A stretch of DNA of 64,000 bases from Octopus bimaculoides. Its lineage: Eukaryota. Positions 53,270-64,000 of the stretch are shown here, one piece after another. The notes beneath the pieces are model-generated. The model did not search any database. It had not been told where the DNA came from and saw only the letters and a program-made list of their open reading frames with translations. The stretch spans positions 18,199,298-18,263,297 of the forward strand of contig NC_068992.1 in NCBI RefSeq assembly GCF_001194135.2, given 5' to 3'. How positions within the stretch are numbered: the first letter of the stretch is position 1; every line of letters begins with the position of its first letter. Both the position numbers and the translations under genes were made by a program.

Positions 53270-54859
53270 CCGTTCTTTGTACATTGGATGACGAGGAGAT
53301 TGAATAAACATAATTTAGCCCACCTGGGCAGTTTTCAGAGGGAGAGTCTTCTCATATTTTCTAAGGATAATTTTCACTTCAAGTGAATGTAGGGTCATAA
53401 GTTATAGATTCGGAACCACTTCTATAGGATTTCAGTGTATAAATGTTTACGCGACTTGAACATTTCGGGATTTCTGCTTTTGACTTAATCTACGTTTGTT
53501 ATCCAAACAGGACCTATTATGATCAACTAAATCAATAACATCATATAACTTAACTGCTTTTTAATTTAAATGTAATGCTATGATTCTCGGAGAAATTCAA
53601 ATGTAGAGAAACAAATCCCATGGCTATTCGACATTTTGAAAATGCCAACGTATCTTTTGGATTATGTACTTTAAATGTAGCCGATAACTAACTAAATATA
53701 TAATACACAACATCTTAAAGCATATTTCAGAAGTTTGTAAAGTTTATTAACAATTTATACAGTGAAAACCTTATTGTGAATATATTTCAATAGCATTTAA
53801 GTTTACGTGTAAATATAAGCAGGAAATAAGACTAGAATTTCACGAAGAAGTTACTAATTATCCCTTAGGATGAATAAATAGCAAACATTTATGAAGTTAT
53901 TTTGAATGTATAATTTCAATTTGTTTCCGTTAAACAATTGGTGTGAGAGTGAATGAAAAATAAAGAACATTTAAGGACATGAATTGAAATTTGAACCACT
54001 CGAGAATTAAATTTGCAATTCGATATCAAAACTGTTTATAAACCGTTGGAAATGTTTTCTTCAATCATATGAATTCTGATTCTCTAGAGATAACATTGAA
54101 CCCGATGTAAAGTTCTAGCAACCTTCAAGTTCATCCTTAGTGTAAGTAAAGTTAAATAACCATAAATGGTACTTGAAATCAACTGGTTTATACGAGCAAT
54201 ACTTCGGGATCTGTCGTTTGAAGATGACAATGTTTTAACGGAAAGTTTCAGGCAATTTGATTACAATCTGTCAGAACTAATTAATTAATTTCACATACAC
54301 TGATAATTAACTCGTTGAGAGACGTTGTAATTCATGTTGCGTGTTTCACTAGATAGAGTTAAACACAGAGCGAAGGAATAGGGGTAACAGTCCGGTCAGC
54401 TGATATCGGAAATATTTTTTTCGATTTATTTCAACAACAACAAGAGGCCTTAGTGATAACAGGAGCTGGAAACTGATTGCGAAAACTTAACTGCAAACAT
54501 AAGTTCAAGGCGTTATTGGATTCGACAAAGTTTTAAATTTGTGTTTAGTTTTGATGTTTGTGAGTTTGGAACTACCAGTCTTTTCATGGAATTATAAATT
54601 TCCTTTGTTTTTTTGCTTTATATCTTCATAATAATATTAGCAAGACCCATGTGAAATCTACGAAATGGAAAACAATAAAAGTAAAGATTCCCTTTCTAAT
54701 TGCAGTAAACATATTTCCAGTTCTAGCCAGCATAACGAAGGTTCAAATCTCGTGTCGGGTTCATTGGAAAGCTTCAGTGTTTTTTTTTTTTTCATGAAAA
54801 TATTTACTAATTGAATTCTATATAGTTTGTCTGATTTAGGAAGAGTAATAGAAAAGAAT

Positions 54860-54975
54860 CACACACACACATACACACACATGCACGCACGCACGCACGC
54901 ACACGCACGCACGCACGCACGCACACGCACGCACGCACGCACACACACGCACGCACGCACACGCACACGCACATT
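54860..54975. repeat. (CA)n/(CGCA)n microsatellite
   Basis: Direct observation. Confidence 0.92.
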
Positions 54976-55290
54976 ATAAGCCTTGTAATAAATCCCAACA
55001 TTTCTTCTGCATCAAAATTACTGTATAATATTAGAAGAAGCCTTGTATAATTTATTTTAGGCTTTCTCTCCTCTCAGATATACTCATTTTCTAACATACT
55101 CTATTTTAAGTAGAAATTCAATCACATGAATTAATTCGAAATAATCAGACAAGAATTCATGAATTTATGCCTACTTTTAGACATTTGTACATAATATCTC
55201 CATAAATAATGCACAATATGTTTTCTGAATTTTTGTGCACGTTTTTTATATTTATGTGTAAGTTTTTCATAATTCATGCTGAGATAGTAA

Positions 55291-55393
55291 TTGCTGATGC
55301 ATTACTCTCAACAATTTTATTATTTTCATTCATTTATTATTGATAATTGTTAATCATTTGCATGATTAGTAATTGTTACTATATATTATTTGG
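55291..55393 (+). repeat. 103-bp AT-rich direct repeat, copy 2
   Basis: See 53167-53269. Confidence 0.88.
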
Positions 55394-55645
55394 TATAATG
55401 TTCCTATAATTTGTGCTCATAGTATCATAGTATAATGATAGCATCTCATACATTTTCCCCTTCTTTTACATGCGCGCTTCATACATATTTTAGAATTTAT
55501 TATGATTTATGCATTTTTATACTAATGAAATATGTTAATTGAATAGCGTATCAGTTTTATTTGCCTTCATATTAATATTTCACACAATTCGAGGGATATT
55601 TTTCTCTTCGCTGAAAATTGGGTTCATAATTTATAAACATCATTT

Positions 55646-55823
55646 TGGCCTTCGCTACGATCTGAGTTCAAATTCCGCAAAGGTCGACTTTGCCTTTTAT
55701 CCTTTCGGGATCGATAAAAATTAGTACCCGATACCAGCTTAGTACTGGGATGATATAATCGATTTAGCACCCCTCACACGTCCCACGAAATTAATGGCGT
55801 TGTTGCAAAGTTGAAAAACAATA
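55646..55823 (+). mobile_element. 5'-truncated SINE family B with 14-bp target-site duplication
   Basis: CTGAGTTCAAATTCCGC...GGTCGACTTTGCCTTTTATCCTTTCGGGATCGATAAA. TSD TATAAACATCATTT at 55632-55645 and 55824-55837. Confidence 0.88.
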
Positions 55824-56529
55824 TATAAACATCATTTGAAATACGTGACCAGCCCGGTCTATTTAACTAAAGGAATGGAGCAGTAAAGTATTAAACAAAT
55901 AATATAGCAAATATGTAAAAGGTTTTTTGCAGACACACACACACACATGAACCCTACGAGGTTACAAAATCGAACCAATGATTTCTTCCTCCATTTGGTC
56001 TATACTAATTCTGTTTATTTGTTAGTATCACCGGGAATTTACTTATATACAATATTACATCTCGTAATATATGTAAATTTCCGTTTGAAGTTTCTCAAAT
56101 AACAACAAATTTAACACATAAAATGATGTACAATGATATAGTAACCGGTTATTTACACATAATTCCTTGCTATATATTTCTTATTGCCTGTTCTCAACGA
56201 ATGCAATGTTTACATAGCTTTATGTAAAATTTTCTCTTATTATGCGTAATTTCCCCCAAAATTATACAAATCTTTCTTTGGTATTTTATCTTCTTTCTCA
56301 TACATATTGTCATACTTTTTATTCTTAGGTATTTTATCGTGACTCACAAGGCGCAATTGTTACTAAATTTTCTTTTAAACTTGCGGATATTTATAGTATT
56401 ATCTATCCGTTATGCATAGTTCATTACATATACACATATATATGAAATATACATACATTACACATTATCTAATATATATAATGTATATAATATATTTATA
56501 TATTGTAATATAATATATATACATATATG

Positions 56530-56560
<31 letters not shown>

Positions 56561-58443
56561 TATATAATGTGTGTGCGTATATATTAATGTACATATGAAT
56601 ATATGGATATGTAACTTTCTGTGTGTGTATATATAGATATACTCTCTCACACACACATACGTTTATACATACATATTCGCATTATAGGTATATATATATA
56701 TATGTTATAAGTATTTCATATATATGAGTGTATATGTACGATATCGATGTTTAGTTTTGTATTGTACAAAGTTTGTTTCCGTAGAGGCTACGGTTAAACG
56801 GTATAAAAAAAACTATATAACGTAATTATAATAGGCGTGCAACAGTACGTTGAGCTTGTCTCCACTTTATTCTCACGTTTACGAGCATTAAATGAAGGAA
56901 AGTTCATGTTGTTGTTGTGATATTCGAAGTATAATTTGTTTTATGAACGGCTCTTAGATAGTTCCGTTTTTACTATTTGAAAGTGTTATTTTTCGTTAAT
57001 CGTTTGAACTTCTCTGGCATATGTATTTCATTGCCTTTATCAAGTTATATGGAGTTATGTGTTTGATGTTGGTCTTCGAAGTAGTCAACGCATTGTTATT
57101 TTATTGCAAATGCCATACATATCTCGATAATGCTGCACTATTTTCATATTCTCCCTCAAGTCACTACTATGAATTAAGTAAATATTTCTGAAACTGCATT
57201 TTATCAGACAAGTATAAGCTATGAGAATACACGTTTCATAACAAACTCAAAAAAATTTGGAAGCCAGTTAACGTTGGTGTGTCACTAACTGGAGTACAGA
57301 CAGCGTGACAGAAAGAAAACCGTGAATAAACAGGTTGTCATGATGTTGTTTGATAGGAGGCTACCGATCCAAACGTTATGTGATAGCGATCTAAACGTTA
57401 AGGCTGATATGAAATTTTTCAAAACAATATTTGAAACATAAAAAAGCAACAATTTAACCATCACACCGTGTGTGTATATATGTGTATACATACACAAACA
57501 AGCACACCTGTACAGTTATAGTATATATATATATATATATGCGGGTGTTAGAGAATGTGTGTGTGTATTTGCGTGTACCTTCCTTTAACGTGTGTCACTC
57601 AGAGATGTGCTCAACAGCGAAAAACCCCGCAAGCCTCGAAAATGGTCGGTGTTCTTCCTAAGAAGTCCCTTTACGTATTTATTTTTTCACCCAATTAAAA
57701 TTGCACTTTATTTAAACAAATAAGACATTCGGAGTCTAATGACTATGTGCATTCTAATTGTGACCATCACTTTAGTTTCTCGATCTATGTATGTCTTGGA
57801 TTAGATTGTCTCCATTTCTCTTTAATTTCGTCAATTCCAAATGTTCTATCGTTGCATTTAGCAGTGATTTATTTCCAAGATTTTGTAACATATTTCCATT
57901 CTCAGGAACTAAAAATAAAAATAAGAACCGCATATCTTCCCATTGACAAAATGCATCAACGATAATAGATTTCAAACCTTCTCTTTGTGGAAATCAGAAT
58001 ACGGACTAAGTCTCTGCATGGCATTGCTTAGGACATAAATAAATATAATCCGTCTCGAAGTAATTCAACAAAAATCGTGGCTTAATGCAATTTGACTCTT
58101 TAAACGTCTGGGTAGGTTATCTTCCTGTCAATTGTCGTTAAAACCATTCCTTTATGAGAGGCAAATTCTGTATGTTGATTTATTCCTTTAGCGGGAAATT
58201 AAATTAAGCAGTTTAGCTTCAGCAAAACGTTTAAGTAATTATCGCTGCATGGTATCGTATCATTCTCCAACCAGATTTATACTTTCATTAGTCTACAGGT
58301 AAAGTAGAAATAATCCGGCCACTGCAACGGCCGACTAACGATATTTTAGCAATTTCCTTGATGACAATACTCAGCACGTGTTTGCCCACATATTTATCTT
58401 CATTATTCGAAAGAAACACGCACGCATTGACCAGTTACATACA

Positions 58444-58499
<56 letters not shown>

Positions 58500-58584
58500 N
58501 NNNNNNNNNNNNNNNNNNNNNNNNNNNNNNNNNNNNNNNNNNNNNNNNNNNNNNNNNNNNNNNNNNNNNNNNNNNNNNNNNNNN

Positions 58585-58628
<44 letters not shown>

Positions 58629-59389
58629 TGTGTGTGTGTGTATGTGTGTGTATGAATTTGTGTGTATGTATAATCATTTATATCCATGAATCGACATATA
58701 AATTATAAAAATATTCTCGTATGATACTATTTGCTTTGTTTCTCACCAATTTGCTGTCTGTTCTAAATATAAATATCCATTATGGTTGCAATAGATTATC
58801 TAATGCCTATTCGAATCGAAAGACCCTTTATCACCTTCACATAATCTCATCTGTTTTCAATGAAATCAATAAAAGTCCATTTTATTGTTATAATCGAAAG
58901 TCAAAATACACTTCGGTTCAGAATAAAATGACGTTTTCGATTAAATGCAAGTCACGCTCACTTATAAAAGCAACGTACAGTCTTACAATAGCGTCGCTTA
59001 GAAACAGAACTTTGTACACAATGGCAGATTTACTGTCTTCGAACCGGAGAAAACAGATTTACTTTTTAATGATTAATTCATAGAAAACTACATTCTGACT
59101 TTAAAATGATACCTCTGAGACATTTTTGTATAAGACGTTGATGTTGTTTTTGCTATGTTAAAGTACCAATATACACACCCATTTCAAGTTAATTCTACAA
59201 TCTAACACTGAATATTCTCTCTTGTTATTCCTTGCCTTTACTCTGTTCATTGTTATTAAAGTGTCTAGAGTAGGTAAAATACAGAATTATCTTTCATGTT
59301 GTCGATGGTTCATAACGCACCATCACAGCTTGATTAATACATAGCTATAAGGCTTATGGTGCACTCCTTTCTCCTCCATCTGTCTGTCT

Positions 59390-59414
59390 GTCTCTGTTTC
59401 TATCTGTCTATCTG

Positions 59415-59480
<66 letters not shown>
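59390..59480. repeat. (ATCT)n microsatellite
   Basis: Direct observation. Confidence 0.95.
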
Positions 59481-59529
59481 AACCTATGTGTCTCTTGTTT
59501 CGAAGGCAAACATCAAACACATAGCTCCA

Positions 59530-60541
59530 TATAACTTGATAAAGGCAATGGGCCGAGCGGAAGCCATCCCTAAAATGTCGGGTGCAGGTGGCATACGCGT
59601 AAGTCGCATCCGTCACCGATTACCCTCTGATGGTCGTGTCTTGTCGCGACCTACCATCACCAAACTGGAACGCATACCCTTACGCTTCTTGTGGAAGTGA
59701 AGCGTTTCGATGGTTAGGCGATCCATTTACTGTCAACACCCACTAAATGGAGGGCTAGGCATGTGGTTGATGATGCGCAGACATGCGCTGAGACTACGAT
59801 ATCTCCGGTGCTTCACAAACGACAGTGAATAGGTGTGGTCGTCGTTTGTGCGGCTCGCTTTCCCGCAGCTCGTCTCCTTGGCTGAACTGGGGTCGTGAAT
59901 CAAACAGAGACCGAGGCTAGGCGAATGGCACTGCGAGTGTCACGTTGCTCTCAAGCAACTCTGCCGTCCGAGATCAAACTTGTGCGACTTCATTACAACA
60001 AAGGCATTCTATAGAGGATTAATGGAGGGAAGGTGCGACGACGTTCTCGTGCAGAATCAGGGCGTCGACGAGGAACATCTGACCCGCCTGTTCAGGACAA
60101 CTTTCGGGCCGGGACCTATGGACAATCACCAAAGATCCCTGGCCTGGCAGTGCTATCGAGAAGCATTACCTGTTCGGGATAATCTCTACAGGCACTATTC
60201 GAGACACACCGGACCCACTTGCCCGAGATGCAGTCTGAGCGACGAAACCGTTCTTTGCGCACTCGCACGGTGTCCAACCATTGCGGACCTGTGGGCTTAT
60301 GCGGAAAAGCTGCTGTCACGTGTGGGACAAGCTCGGCTGTCTATTTGGAGAGTTGCTCCGCCACCTTCCCCCAACCGAGAAGGCAAGACAGTCTTTATTC
60401 AGAGAATTTTTAAGGGATGGGCTACTCGACTTAAAGAATATTCTAACTGGGCCTCACCTACAATGTCATGCGCTGTTTATCTTGATGTGAGGTCATCATG
60501 TCCCGCACATATGGTTGTGATGTATGTGCCTGGTGTACCCT
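59530..60541 (+). mobile_element. Tx1/L1-clade non-LTR retrotransposon, 5'-truncated ORF2 C-terminus (zf-RVT) and 3' region
   Basis: WAERKPSLKCR..., KLERIPLRFLWK, QHPLNGGLGM, WQCYREALPVRDNLYRH..PTCPRCSLSDETVLCALARC (CCHC-type knuckle with H changed to C). Contains stops and frameshifts and ends in (AAT)n. Confidence 0.88.
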
Positions 60542-60542
60542 T

Positions 60543-60618
<76 letters not shown>

Positions 60619-60639
60619 GAATGATGATAATAAAAATAC

Positions 60640-60697
<58 letters not shown>
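60542..60697. repeat. Compound (AAT)n/(GAT)n microsatellite
   Basis: Direct observation. Confidence 0.95.
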
Positions 60698-60865
60698 CCT
60701 TTCTACATATGGCACAAGGCCTGAAATTTTCGAGGAGGGGAGTAGTCGGTTATATCGAAACCGGTGTTTCACTGGTACTAATTTTATCGACCCCCGAAAG
60801 GATGAAAGACAATGTTGATATCGGAGGAATTTGAACGTAAAGACGGAATAAATGCTACTAGGCTA
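60698..60865 (-). mobile_element. SINE family B (deleted)
   Basis: CCTTTCTACATATGGCACAAGGCCTGAAATTT...CTGGTACTAATTTTATCGACCCCCGAAAGGATGAAAG. Confidence 0.85.
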
Positions 60866-61149
60866 ACCCCTGTTTGAAATATGTGCGTGATGGGAATAGG
60901 AAAGATGTTAGGGTTTCATGGACGAAATACGAGCATATTCTGAATGATTATGCTAACTGCTAGGAATATATATATATATATATATATAAAAGAAAACTAT
61001 AGAATAATGCATTAAGAGAAACGAATACCAACAGTAATTATCATACAAATAAAAATACTGTCTGAATGTTAATCTTAGAATCAAGGTAGGAAAATAAATG
61101 TAAAGGTGGATAAAAATGGGTACATCGCCCGTGTCGTAAGACTAATATT

Positions 61150-61303
61150 CTTTTCTACTCTTGTCACAACGCCCCAACTTTTTGAGGAGGGGACTAGTTG
61201 ATTAGATCGACCTCAGTACGCAACTGGTACATAATTTATCGACACCGAAAGAATTTGAACTCAGATGGTAAAGACGGACGATTGCTGCCAGCTCGCCGCC
61301 TTG
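61150..61303 (-). mobile_element. SINE family B (deleted) with 15-bp target-site duplication (1 mismatch)
   Basis: TSD CGTAAGA(C/G)TAATATT at 61135-61149 and 61304-61318; core GATTAGATCGACCTCAGTACGCAACTGGTAC...CTGCCAGCTCGCCGCCTT. Confidence 0.87.
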
Positions 61304-61374
61304 CGTAAGAGTAATATTAAAGTAGTAATGATAAAGTAGTAGAAGTAGCAGTAGTAGTTATGATAAAAATTGAT

Positions 61375-61565
61375 CTGAATATTACACAAGCCAGAAAATT
61401 TATTTGGGAGGGGGTTAATCGATCACACCTGACCTGGTGTTTTATGTTTCGGCTTTCAAATGATAAAGAGCAAAGTTGACCGCGGCGTGATTTGAACTCA
61501 GAACGTAAAGAACCGCAAGAATTGCTACTTCTCACGTTGACCTACGCAATAACGGTTCTTCCAGC
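61375..61565 (-). mobile_element. SINE family B
   Basis: ACACAAGCCAGAAAATTT...AGCAAAGTTGACCGCGGCGTGATTTGAACTCAGAACG. Confidence 0.8.
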
Positions 61566-63533
61566 TTGGCGGATTTGGTTGCAAATTGTGGCACAAAACC
61601 AGTAATTTTAGAAGACGGCTTAATCCTGTACTACGATAGATTCTCTAACATTCTGTCTGTCTGTCTCTCTGTCTGTCTGTCGCTTTCTTTCTTTCTCTCT
61701 CCGGAAGATATCATTCCTGGTCAGACCCGAAGAGAAATAGATCCACCAGATCTCTACGCTTCCATAAAAATTTTGAGGGCCATGGCATGACATTACATCT
61801 TCTCTCACTATTACTCTGTAATCCAATATATACACACACATACACGTATACATATTAGTATATATGTGTCACTTTGTTTGCTGTATGTGCATGTATGTTT
61901 GTAAGCACGCGTGTCCGTTGTTAAGCCAGTATTGTTTGATAAGCACTATGCCGAATGGTTTGCATCAATTTAGTAGCAAGATTTAAGTTAACAACTGCGG
62001 CAAGAGGTGAAATCTCAATACTCGGTGTAAATATACGTAATTGACAAGAATGACACTGTAGGCTGAATGTTAAGTGAAATTGAAACATCAGTGACTGCGA
62101 CGTTACAATATCTAATGATTTAAGTAAACTTAATATGGATAAAGGATGTTTAATGACACATTACGCGATCTATAAAGGAAACACAAGACTTCAACACACA
62201 TACATACATATAAATATATAATATATGTGTGTGTGTGTGTGTGTGTGTGTTTGTTTCGATATATGTGTTCCTATGCACATATATATGCATACAAATATGA
62301 ATGTAACTATTCATATATATGTAGGTATACGTATGTATGCATAATAGATTATTTGATCGAGTATCAAATCAAATTAACTATTGGTAACTAGTGGTAGTAT
62401 TTACTTTGACTAGTAATCTGAACTAGTTGAAGAGAGATGGCAACGTGATATATATTAAAATATGAAGCGCAGTTGATAGCGGTGAATAGCAAAATGAAAT
62501 ACATCATTCCATTTAATATAAACATCATGTTTATATTAGTATGTAATGTATATCTAGAGGGAGAAAGAGGCAGGGATAGATAGATAGATACATAGATAGG
62601 TAGATAGAGATGGAGAAAAACGAGAGCTTGTAATAAATATGAATAATGAGAGAAAGAGAAGAATAACATAGACGAAACAAATGCTATTTTGTTTCCAAAT
62701 AAATACAAACATATTTACACTAAGCGTAGAAGACATGGAATGCTTTCATAAGCATTGAATACAGTCGGTTAATGTATATGCTGAGTTGTTATTTGCTGCA
62801 AAAGTATTTTCATTTCAACATATGTTACAAAATAGAAGTATTATAAAGAGTAGCTCATGATGAAAGCTATTAAATAGAGTAGAAAAGGTGCACATTACGT
62901 CATTTGTAAATGAATCAATTTACATTCGGATTCTACGATTTTAGCAGTTGGTATCGATTTCATCTTTTTTCAGTTCACGAAGTGTCCTTTGAGCAATGAC
63001 ACTTTTATCATTTCGTCATCATGCTTTATTTGTTCGTTATTTTGTTGTTTTTTGTTCGATTAAATCTCAAAGAAAACTTTTGATGGTTTGATGGATAAAC
63101 CTTGCTCACTCGAACTCGCTTGTAAAACATACTTTACCTATGGTGGATATTGCTGTAATCTTCCTAAATGCAGGAGGTCTCATGCCCATCGAAAGCTTTG
63201 AAATGTAAAAAAAAATCATAAATGTAAGTATAAAATATAACAGAGGGACCAAGTTATACTTTTTATTACTATGCTTAAATTTCTCATGTCCCAGATGTCT
63301 TGAAGCGTAATGCCACTTTAAAAACGGAGATCGCTATATAATATTGAACATGTTAGACCTTTTTTTACTTCAATAACGTAGCAAGGATTTATCCTGAAAT
63401 GTTCTCATCTCTACAAAATTCTTCCTTTTATGGGTTAAGCCATGAGATGTGATATCAAAAACTAAACTTAAAATTTTAAAAATGTGTTATTGATTTAATA
63501 TTCAATGACGTTCTCCTGTGGTAATAACGAATT

Positions 63534-63975
63534 CTTCTTTTCTACTTTAGACACATGGCCCGAATTATTGAGGGAGGGGGCCAGCCGATTAGATCGAACC
63601 CAGTACACAAGTGGTACTGAATTTATCGTTACCGAAAGGATGAACGGCAAAGTCAACCTGCGCGGAATTTGAACTCAGAACGTAAACACAGACGAAATAC
63701 CGCTAAGCATTTCACCCGGTGTGCTAACGTTTCTTATTTCTTTATTTCCCGCAAGGGGCTAAAGATAGAGAGGACAAACAAGTACAGACAAAGGGATTAA
63801 GTCGATTACATCGACGCCAGTGCGTTACTGGTACTTAATTTATTGACCCCGAAAAGATGAAAGGCAAAGGCAAGGTCGACCTCGGCGGAACTTCAATTCA
63901 GAACGCAACGGCAGACGAAATACCGCTAAGCATTTCGCCCAGCGCAGCAACGCTTCTGCCAGCTCGCCGCCTTAA
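63534..63975 (-). mobile_element. Dimeric SINE family B element with 12-bp target-site duplication
   Basis: Same two-core architecture and junction as 51293-51722. TSD TAATAACGAATT at 63522-63533 and 63976-63987. Confidence 0.92.
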
Positions 63976-64000
63976 TAATAACGAATTATTATGACAATTC

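Larger units (their letters stand above)
1028..58584. other. Assembly gaps (N-runs)
   Basis: Gaps at about 1028-1666, 2381-2675, 6120-7084, 8645-9020, 10695-11440, 17083-17764, 18543-18804, 23423-23891, 25056-25217, 27686-27958, 34963-34971, 39034-39382, 48627-48809 and 58500-58584. Most abut (TA)n, (TG)n, (AG)n or (AAT)n tracts. Confidence 0.97.

Noticed and set aside
957-58708. Long ORFs full of X, and HT/YI/CV/LS/RE dipeptide ORFs
   Set aside because: They are translations of N-gaps and dinucleotide microsatellites, not genes.

Overview
This is AT-rich, microsatellite-dense eukaryotic DNA from a short-read scaffold with 14 N-gaps, most of them flanked by simple repeats. The repeat families look like those of an octopus or other coleoid cephalopod; this is recalled similarity, not a database match. 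No intact protein-coding gene, rRNA, tRNA or CRISPR array could be supported. Most long ORFs in the track are artefacts of N-runs or microsatellites. The window is a transposable-element graveyard. It holds three tRNA-headed SINE families (about 25 copies, including a recurrent dimer with target-site duplications), non-LTR remnants (RTE, R4/Dong, CR1-group, Tx1/L1), a Penelope GIY-YIG remnant, four mariner-type remnants, a maT-like (DD37D) element and a possible piggyBac relic. The most interesting observations are: several retroelement 3' ends sitting in (AAT)n arrays, an independently mobilised dimeric SINE, a mariner with a microhomology-bounded internal inversion, and a few weak minus-strand micro-exon candidates. 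No novel multi-gene system was found. Most boundaries are approximate (about +/-20 bp).
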